From contig JBCCWC010000002.1 in the NCBI GenBank assembly GCA_039194325.1, positions 96,001-160,000 of the forward strand: a DNA stretch of 64,000 nt, in the 5' to 3' direction. This document shows, one piece after another, positions 57,389 through 64,000 of this stretch. The first letter of the stretch is position 1, and every line of letters starts with the position of its first letter. The position numbers were made by a program, and so were the translations under genes. Source of the stretch: Myxococcota bacterium (GTDB lineage: Bacteria > Myxococcota_A > Polyangia > Nannocystales > Nannocystaceae). The notes below the pieces were generated by a model that ran no database searches, was not told the DNA's origin, and saw nothing but the letters and a program-made list of their open reading frames with translations.

Positions 57389-58653
57389 TGTCGAGGTAGC
57401 CCGTGGACGGCCGCCGGCGGCAGCTGAGGATAGGACGTGGGCTTGCCCGGCTCGATGGTGGGCCCAATGGTGGTGTTGTGGCGGTAGGGCCCGCGGACGA
57501 CCGTGACGACGCCCCCCCCCACGATGAAGTTGTAACCCCGTCCGTCCCAAGGATTCTCGGGGCGGCGCCCAAAGCTCAGCGCGAGCTCGGCGGTGGTGGG
57601 ATCACGACCGAGCGTGTGGCGCAGCTGTCGACCACGCAGGCGGGCGAGCAGGGTGATGCGGACGTCGCTGAGCAGCGCGGCGCGGTTGATCTGGTTGCCG
57701 ATCACCCGCGCCAGGATCGCGGTGGGGGGGTGAAGCATGTCCAGCCGAACAAAGGGATCGGCGGCCCGCTGAATGCTGCGCCCCAGGGGGCGCCGGGTAC
57801 AGCCGGAGATCATGCCATCGTAGATCTCGCGCAGCTCATTCCATACCGATCGGTCGAGGCTCCCCGGCTTTTGCGGGGTTCGCCAGGTTCGCATGGCGAA
57901 GTCCAGCCCGAAGCGCCGGGCCATGGCCTCTCGCTCTCGCTGCCCAAAATGCACCCGGAAGCCGATCACCGCCAGTGTGAGCAGATCGTGGCGGAGTGCG
58001 GCACAGATCACCGGTTGCGACACAAAGGCGGCGTCGAGCGCCTCGACCAGCGCGGTGATCGTGCTGGGCGGGGGTGGGTGCGTGTCGAGCAGGTCGTTCA
58101 CCCAGCGCAGCATGTCCTGCATGCCGAGGTGCTCGTCGACGCCGGGACCCACCGGTGCCTGGTAGAGCGTCAGCCCGTCGACCACGTGGGCCCAGCCCTC
58201 GTCGGCGCGATCGTGCTCGATCAGGTGGGATCCTTTGAGCATGTAGAGGTTGCCCACCAGGCCGCGAGCGTCCTCGAAATCGGGCTCGGTCTTCAGGTCG
58301 ATCCGCGTGAAGTCCTGTACCACGCAGCGATAGTCGTCGGCACGCCCGAGCATGGGGAACGCCATGAGGCGCTCGAGCAGCTGCGGGGTCGCGGGCGTGG
58401 TGTACTCGCGGATCCGGGCGCGCAGCTCGAGGGCCATGGGCACCAGGCCTCGCACACGCTCTACCTTGACTGCGCGATCGGGGCAGGGCACGCGGGTCCA
58501 GCCGCGGTCCCGAGGGGCGAGCCGCTCGTGGAACTCGTCGGCGATCCGAGGGTCGACCCCGACCCCGCAGGCCAGCGCGATCCAGGCGACGAGTAGCCCC
58601 AAAAGCATGCTCGTCCGAACTCGTCGGTGGATCGGGGTCGTGACCATGACCAT
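57385..58653 (-). CDS. Hypothetical lipoprotein
   Basis: LLVAWIALAC lipobox-like segment; 422-aa GC3-rich ORF; start uncertain. Confidence 0.75.
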   Translation of the reverse strand: MVMVTTPIHRRVRTSMLLGLLVAWIALACGVGVDPRIADEFHERLAPRDRGWTRVPCPDRAVKVERVRGLVPMALELRARIREYTTPATPQLLERLMAFPMLGRADDYRCVVQDFTRIDLKTEPDFEDARGLVGNLYMLKGSHLIEHDRADEGWAHVVDGLTLYQAPVGPGVDEHLGMQDMLRWVNDLLDTHPPPPSTITALVEALDAAFVSQPVICAALRHDLLTLAVIGFRVHFGQREREAMARRFGLDFAMRTWRTPQKPGSLDRSVWNELREIYDGMISGCTRRPLGRSIQRAADPFVRLDMLHPPTAILARVIGNQINRAALLSDVRITLLARLRGRQLRHTLGRDPTTAELALSFGRRPENPWDGRGYNFIVGGGVVTVVRGPYRHNTTIGPTIEPGKPTSYPQLPPAAVHGLPRQ

Positions 58654-58719
58654 GACCGTGTCGTTGGGGCTCGCGGTGGCGGTCGGGGTCAGCAGAGGGG
58701 AGGCACGGGTCGGCGCCCA

Positions 58720-60963
58720 CTAGCCCGAGATCACCGGAAGGTGCCTCGGGGCTCGCACGGGCTCAGGGAGCGGCTCGGTGGGTCTCGCGGGTCGAGATAC
58801 CCGGGGGGGAGCTTCGGTCCGTGCGGGCACGAAGCGCACCTGGTGGTGCCACTGGTACTCCACCCGGTCGTCGAGCAGCACCATGCGACATAGCCGCTGC
58901 ACCCCCTCGTGCCAAAGAGGCGCCACCACCACCGTGCCTGTCGCCAAGGCCTCGCGCCATGATGATGGGAGGCGATCGAGGCAAAACCCCACCGCCACCT
59001 TGCGGGCGTGGCGGGCCCCGGCCGGCCATTGCTCTGGCGTGAGGGCGTTGGCGGCGACGCAGGTCACCCCCCGCGGGGTCAGCTCGATGTGGGCGTGCTC
59101 CACCAGGGTCGGATCGATCTCCACGGCGAGCACCTCGCCGTGCTCGCCGACCAGCTCGCGCAGCAGGGCTGCGCCGTAGCCGGTGCCCGAGCCCAGGTCG
59201 AGCACTCGATCTCCAGGCTGCACCTTGAGCAGGCGGTACGTCGAGGCATACGCATGCAGAGCGCTCACCGTGGCCAGCCCGCTGTCGTCCAGGGGGATCG
59301 CCACGTCGCGGGTGCTGTCGTCGATGCTCTCCACCGGGACGAAGCGCTCGCGCGGGACCACGTCGATCGCATCGAGGATCGGGTGGTCCACGGGCAACAG
59401 GGCGGCCTCGGCCACCGCCTCCCGGGTACGGGCTCGGCGGGCCCGGGCCACCTCGGCGAGGGCGACGTGATCTCGACGCTTGCGCTGTGCCTGGGCGCGT
59501 CGGCCCAGGTAGCCGTGCCAGGCGTAGTATCGCTCGAGGGCGGGCAGGCGCGCGGCCGGTCGGGCCCAGGCGAGCTGATCGCGGATCGCCCCCAAGAAAT
59601 ACCGACGAGCCCCGCCGCGATAGACGAACCTGTCCTCGATCTGCGCCAGGATCGGCGTGAGCAGCTCGCTCTGCAGCGCCTCCCGGCCGGCCCAGTCGAG
59701 CTCGGCGCTGGGGTCGACCCACTCCGAGAGAAACTCGGGGTCACCGTCGTCCCACCAGTGGGGCCGATGGAATCGAGTGCCGAAGCGCTCCTCGTAGTAG
59801 GCGCGGTCGGCATCGATCGGCGAGCCGGGATACAGGCGAAAGGGGTCGACCGACAAGAAGCCGGTGGTGCCTCGCTCGCGCAGGAACAGCCGCCGTAGGT
59901 ACTGCGCGCTGCGGGCCATGGTGTCTGGCGTCTCCCCGGGATGTCCGCAGATCACGTTGGCCCCCCAGGGCACGTCGTGCTCGCGGGCTCGCTCGGCGAT
60001 GTGCTCCATGCGCTCGAGGTAGTCGTCCAGGCGCCCCGACTTGCGGATCGTGGCCAGCAGGCTCGGATCGCCCGACTCCAGCCCGAAGCCCAGGCCGCAG
60101 TTGGCGGCGCCGAACAGCCGAAGATCCTCGTCTTCGACCAGGTCGACCCGAATGAGCAGCCAGTACTTGTCCACTGGGATCTGACGCTGGGCCAGGCCCT
60201 CGAGGAACTCGCGACGCCAGCGCTTGCGCATGCCGAAGAGCGCGTCGCCGAAGTAGAGGGTCCAGGTGCGCAGGTCGAGGAAGCGGTGCAGGCTCTCGAT
60301 CTCGTCGAGGGCGCGCTCCACCGGCAAGCTGCGCCACGAGGTCTCCCGCTTGGCGCGTTCCATGCAAAATGCACAGTCGAACGGGCAGCCGCGCGACAGG
60401 TACACCTGGGCCTGGGAGGCGTAGCGGCGCGCGACGTCGCGGTATCGCGACAGCAGCGTCCAGTCGGAGGGCGGCAGCACCTCCAGCCGGTCGATCGCCT
60501 CGGGGCCCAGCACCACCTGGCGCAGGGGGGCCCCGCCGGCCACCGACTCTACGATCTGCGCCAGCGGTCGCTCGCCCTCGCCCACCACCACCACGTCGAA
60601 GGGCGAGCCGTCGGCAATGTACTCGAGCGGTCGGGCGCTGGGGTGATAGCCGCCGGCCACGATCACCGCCTGGGGCCAGCGATCGCGAACCATCTGGGCG
60701 AGCGCCCCACACAAAAGGTGATCGAAGGACGAGTAGACCGACAGCGCGACCACGTCGTAGCCCCGGCCGTCGTCCCCGGCGAGCACCTGGGCCAGATCGG
60801 TGCCGAGCCGGCGCTCGATCGCCAGATCGCGGATGTCCACCTGAACCCGGGCCTGCGTGCGCAGGTACGTGCCCAGCAGCACCAGCTGGGGCACGCCGAA
60901 GTTGCCGGCGGCCGCGCCCTCGCTTCCGGGCCACAGCAGCAAGACTCGCACCGGGGGTCTCAC
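58720..60963 (-). CDS. Cobalamin-binding radical SAM enzyme fused to a PIMT-like methyltransferase domain
   Basis: VALSV, VAGGYHP, GEGE (B12 domain); RGCPFDCAFC, FGLESG; VPRERFV, RVLDLGSGTGYGAALL, VEID (PIMT); GTGA overlap. Confidence 0.9.
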   Translation of the reverse strand: MRPPVRVLLLWPGSEGAAAGNFGVPQLVLLGTYLRTQARVQVDIRDLAIERRLGTDLAQVLAGDDGRGYDVVALSVYSSFDHLLCGALAQMVRDRWPQAVIVAGGYHPSARPLEYIADGSPFDVVVVGEGERPLAQIVESVAGGAPLRQVVLGPEAIDRLEVLPPSDWTLLSRYRDVARRYASQAQVYLSRGCPFDCAFCMERAKRETSWRSLPVERALDEIESLHRFLDLRTWTLYFGDALFGMRKRWRREFLEGLAQRQIPVDKYWLLIRVDLVEDEDLRLFGAANCGLGFGLESGDPSLLATIRKSGRLDDYLERMEHIAERAREHDVPWGANVICGHPGETPDTMARSAQYLRRLFLRERGTTGFLSVDPFRLYPGSPIDADRAYYEERFGTRFHRPHWWDDGDPEFLSEWVDPSAELDWAGREALQSELLTPILAQIEDRFVYRGGARRYFLGAIRDQLAWARPAARLPALERYYAWHGYLGRRAQAQRKRRDHVALAEVARARRARTREAVAEAALLPVDHPILDAIDVVPRERFVPVESIDDSTRDVAIPLDDSGLATVSALHAYASTYRLLKVQPGDRVLDLGSGTGYGAALLRELVGEHGEVLAVEIDPTLVEHAHIELTPRGVTCVAANALTPEQWPAGARHARKVAVGFCLDRLPSSWREALATGTVVVAPLWHEGVQRLCRMVLLDDRVEYQWHHQVRFVPARTEAPPRVSRPARPTEPLPEPVRAPRHLPVISG

Positions 60964-62066
60964 GAGATCACCGGGAGCGAGGGTTGATCGCCGCCTTGTC
61001 GGGCCTGGCGCAGGCGCTCGGCCAGTGCATCGTCTACGTGCTGCGCCACGAAGGGGTCGAGCCCCCGCGGGTCGCCCTGCACCGAGGCGGCCGCCGCTCC
61101 GCAGCCGCCCAGGCAATGGCTCTTGTGGGGGCAGGGGGCGCAAAATTCGGGGGTCACGTCGCGGTACTGGGTGCGGGCCGGGGCCTTGAGCAGCTCGGCG
61201 AACGAGTGGGTGCGTGCATCACCGAGCGACTCGGTGTGCAGGGTGCACGAGCGCAGCTCGCCGCGGGGACCCAGTGCGGGCTCCTGGGCCTCGGTGCCGA
61301 TCGGGCAGCCCCCGAAGCGCACGTGCGGGTAATCGGCGTGATCGATCACGCACGGCGGCACCGGCATGGTCACCTGGAGATCAAGCCCGTGGTCGCGGCC
61401 GCGAGCCTCGGCCTGCTCGAGCGCCACCACCATGTCGCTGCGCGAGGGCAGCAATTGCGCCACGTGGGTGGCCGCGTAGCCGGCGGGCGAGAAGCGCGAG
61501 AGGGCCACGAGGCTCACCCCCAGCTCGATGAACCGGTCGAGGATCTCCCCCACCACTCGCGCGTTGCGTCGGGTGACCACGATGCAGCCGGCCACGGGCA
61601 CCCCATGGCGTCGCAGGGCCTCGATCCCCTCGATGGTGGCCGTGAAGTGCTCCCCGCCGACGTGGGCGTTGTGTAGCGCCGCGGTCGGTCCGTTGAGGGT
61701 GATCTGAATGCAGCGGATCGGATAGCCCGCCAGGCGCTGGGCCAGGGCGTCGTCGACCAGACCCCCGTTGGAGATGATCTGCACGTCGACCCCGTGGGCC
61801 GCGATCACGTCGAGCACGTCGAATACGCCGGCCCGAGCGAAGGTCTCCCCGCCGGTCAGGGTCACGTGGTCCAGCTCGATCTCGGTGAGCGCTCGCTCCA
61901 CCAGGGCCAGCAGCTCGGCGTGAGGCAGAGCGCCGATCGAGCGGCCGTTGTCCTCGCGCCAGGCGTTGTAGCAGTAGCTACAGCGCTGGTTACAGTGGCC
62001 GGTCAGCTCGATGGCGAGCGAGTCGATGCGTGGGCGAGACACCAGCGGCAGTATCCCTTGCATCAC
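60960..62066 (-). CDS. Radical SAM/SPASM-domain enzyme
   Basis: CNQRCSYC, LTGGE, ISNG; CPIG...C...CAPC...CLGGC. Confidence 0.92.
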   Translation of the reverse strand: MMQGILPLVSRPRIDSLAIELTGHCNQRCSYCYNAWREDNGRSIGALPHAELLALVERALTEIELDHVTLTGGETFARAGVFDVLDVIAAHGVDVQIISNGGLVDDALAQRLAGYPIRCIQITLNGPTAALHNAHVGGEHFTATIEGIEALRRHGVPVAGCIVVTRRNARVVGEILDRFIELGVSLVALSRFSPAGYAATHVAQLLPSRSDMVVALEQAEARGRDHGLDLQVTMPVPPCVIDHADYPHVRFGGCPIGTEAQEPALGPRGELRSCTLHTESLGDARTHSFAELLKAPARTQYRDVTPEFCAPCPHKSHCLGGCGAAAASVQGDPRGLDPFVAQHVDDALAERLRQARQGGDQPSLPVIS

Positions 62067-62092
62067 GATAGCGATACAATCGGAGCGACGGC

Positions 62093-63541
62093 GTGGACTG
62101 GAGCTGCCTCGGACACGCGATGTGGTTGGTCGAGGCGGCCGGGCTGCGGATCCTGTGCGATCCGCTGCTGGGCCCCGAGCATCATAGCGGCGTGTTCCAG
62201 ACCGTCCCGCGGCGACGCGTGCGAGCCTCGGCCCTGCGTCCCGACTTCATCCTGGTCTCTCATCGGCACCCCGATCACTTCGACGTGCCCAGCTTGCACC
62301 AGCTGGCCCTGCTCGATCCCGACTCGGTGGTGGTCACCCCCGATCCGCTGGTGGTCTGGGCGGCGCGGGCTCTGGGTTTTCGTACTGTGCACCCGCTGCC
62401 GCCCGGGCAGCGTGTCGAGCTCGACGGCGTGCGGTTGGTGACCACGCCCTCGCTGGGGGTCGACGAGTGGGGGGTGATGATCGCGGCCGAGGGCGCGGTG
62501 GGCTGGAATCATGTCGATGCCGTGCTACGCGGCCCCGATCACATGAAGGACGTGAAGGATCGGGCGCTAGCCGGCGTCGAGCAGTCGCGCGTCGACTTGG
62601 CGGTGGTGCGCTGGCAGCCCATGCTGGAGATCGCGGCGGTGCTGGGTCGCCGCACCGGCTTCCCCTACGCCACCTATGGAGATCTGCTGGCTCAGGCGGC
62701 CGCGGTCGAGGCGGTCGCCGTCGTGCCCGGGGCCAACGGGGCTGCGCACGTGCCTGCCTTCGGCTGGATGGATCGCTTCGTCTTTCCCGTGCCCGAGGCT
62801 CGCTTCTTGCGAGACCTGGCCCGGGTGTGCCCGGACGCGACCGGGCTGCCGTTGCGGGTTGGTGGCCGCTATCGCGTGGCACCCGGGCAGGTGGAGCTCG
62901 ACCCCGCGGGAGCGGCCGCTTTGATCGAACTCGAGGACGAGGGCGCAATGCCGGGGGTCGAGCCCGCGCTCGGTGATGTCCCCCGGTCTGTCTCCTGGTC
63001 CGAAGGTGCCGGCGGGACCGAATCGGTGCCCCGAGATCGGCTCCGTCGTTACCGGCCGTTGGTGATGCCGGTACTTCGCGATCCCAACCTCGGCGGTCAC
63101 GACCAAGCTCGCATGCGCACCCGGGTGCACGCCTGGATTCGGCAGACCCTGGCCGACGCCTTGGCGCGGGCTTGGCCGGGCATGAAGATCTCCCAGCCGT
63201 TGCGCTTCGTGGTCGAGGTGGTGTTTCCCCGAGCCCACGATGCCTTCACCCTACACGTGGGACCCAACGGGACCCGGGTGAGCGCGCACTACGACGACGA
63301 TTGGGATCTGCTCAACGTGGTCGCGGGCTCGATGCTGTGGGAGGTGATCGAAGCGAGGCGCCACTGGGGCGACGTGCTGCTCGCCGGGGCATTGCGGGCG
63401 GCCACTCGTGCCTACGCGGTCGACGAGCACGGTTTGCGTCGCGCCGACGTGGCCGAGATCTTCCTTTACTATGGGTTGCCCTACGACGAGGCGGTCGAGG
63501 CTGCGGTGCGGACCGAGGTTCGCTCGCTCGTTGGGTCGTAG
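62093..63541 (+). CDS. Metallo-beta-lactamase-fold protein with C-terminal extension
   Basis: LGHA.WLVE, ILCDP, VSHRHPDHFD. Confidence 0.85.
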   Translation: MDWSCLGHAMWLVEAAGLRILCDPLLGPEHHSGVFQTVPRRRVRASALRPDFILVSHRHPDHFDVPSLHQLALLDPDSVVVTPDPLVVWAARALGFRTVHPLPPGQRVELDGVRLVTTPSLGVDEWGVMIAAEGAVGWNHVDAVLRGPDHMKDVKDRALAGVEQSRVDLAVVRWQPMLEIAAVLGRRTGFPYATYGDLLAQAAAVEAVAVVPGANGAAHVPAFGWMDRFVFPVPEARFLRDLARVCPDATGLPLRVGGRYRVAPGQVELDPAGAAALIELEDEGAMPGVEPALGDVPRSVSWSEGAGGTESVPRDRLRRYRPLVMPVLRDPNLGGHDQARMRTRVHAWIRQTLADALARAWPGMKISQPLRFVVEVVFPRAHDAFTLHVGPNGTRVSAHYDDDWDLLNVVAGSMLWEVIEARRHWGDVLLAGALRAATRAYAVDEHGLRRADVAEIFLYYGLPYDEAVEAAVRTEVRSLVGS

Positions 63542-63549
63542 ACCCTTCG

Positions 63550-63595
63550 AAAAAAAGCGAGCAACCTGATGCCCTCCCCAGGGCCGGTTGCTCGC
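63550..63595 (-). terminator. Intrinsic terminator with U-tract on the minus strand
   Basis: GCGAGCAACC...GGTTGCTCGC 10-bp stem with inner hairpin, followed by T7 on the minus strand. Confidence 0.8.
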
Positions 63596-63876
63596 AATCG
63601 TCCCCGACTCCCATTTCGGTGACGACCTTTGGATCGAGTGGCTTCCCTTGGGTATGGGTTCCACTGACCCGTGCGGCGGTAGTCGTAGGAAAGGGCTCCC
63701 CAGCCCTCGTCGCTTTTCCCTCCAGTCCCCCGACCGAGGGGGCGACAGTACGTCTACATCCGCAAAATCACGTTACTATGGAAGGGTCTCGATCGCTACC
63801 ACCAACCGTGTAAGGGGAAACCCTAAACCAGTGGTTTCGATTTGGGTCACACGGTGTTAAGGCGGTGTTCGAGAGG

Positions 63877-64000
63877 TTAGGAGCGATCCTCGGCCGTCGC
63901 TCGTAGGTGACGGGTGATCAGCATCGCCATCTCCAGCGCTTGCCGGTAGTTCAGCCGTGGGTCGACCTTGCTGCGGTAGTCCCGGTGGAGCTCGTGCTCC
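63877..64000 (-). CDS. Class II DAHP synthase, C-terminal end (rest outside window)
   Basis: Hand translation EHELHRDYRSKVDPRLNYRQALEMAMLI...*; DPRLN..QALE is the class II C-terminal motif. Confidence 0.82.
   Translation of the reverse strand, partial: EHELHRDYRSKVDPRLNYRQALEMAMLITRHLRATAEDRS

Noticed and set aside
63673..63763. Cobalamin riboswitch near the B12 radical SAM gene
   Set aside because: Only fragments (GCCCCC, ACTG..GGGAA) resemble the consensus, and it does not lead into a downstream gene on that strand.
1..64000. Prophage, IS element, integron, tRNA or rRNA
   Set aside because: No integrase, transposase, phage structural gene or tRNA/rRNA pattern was recognised by eye.

Overview
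A GC-rich (about 70% by eye) bacterial chromosome segment. Its content points to a myxobacterium, most likely Nannocystaceae (inference): three Ser/Thr kinase-TPR paralogs, a MYXO-CTERM protein, a DUF1592/DUF1552 pair, an FHA-sigma54 activator and many lipoproteins. About 45 genes are supported; no rRNA, tRNA, CRISPR, integrase or transposase was seen. The signals least explained by gene annotation are: (1) a sigma54-type promoter reading into a ~600-nt non-coding, CUU-repeat, U-rich tract closed by a perfect 15-bp hairpin (24892-25524); (2) a second sigma54-type promoter, with an upstream palindrome, driving a ~120-nt RNA with ACUCC anti-Shine-Dalgarno loops and a terminator (27063-27298, minus strand); (3) a radical SAM/SPASM plus B12-radical SAM-PIMT fusion operon and, 20 kb away, a lipoprotein with five Px(P/A)CLxVA repeats that could be a substrate; (4) an interrupted minus-strand run of arylsulfotransferase, geranylgeranyl-reductase-like enzyme, two GT-C-like proteins and a UbiA prenyltransferase; (5) a small ORF-CmpX-like-ECF::kinase fusion operon; (6) a 42-bp tandem array; (7) a structured element near 63550-63770. 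Start codons were refined by eye and family calls rest on recognised motifs; no database searches or folding programs were run.
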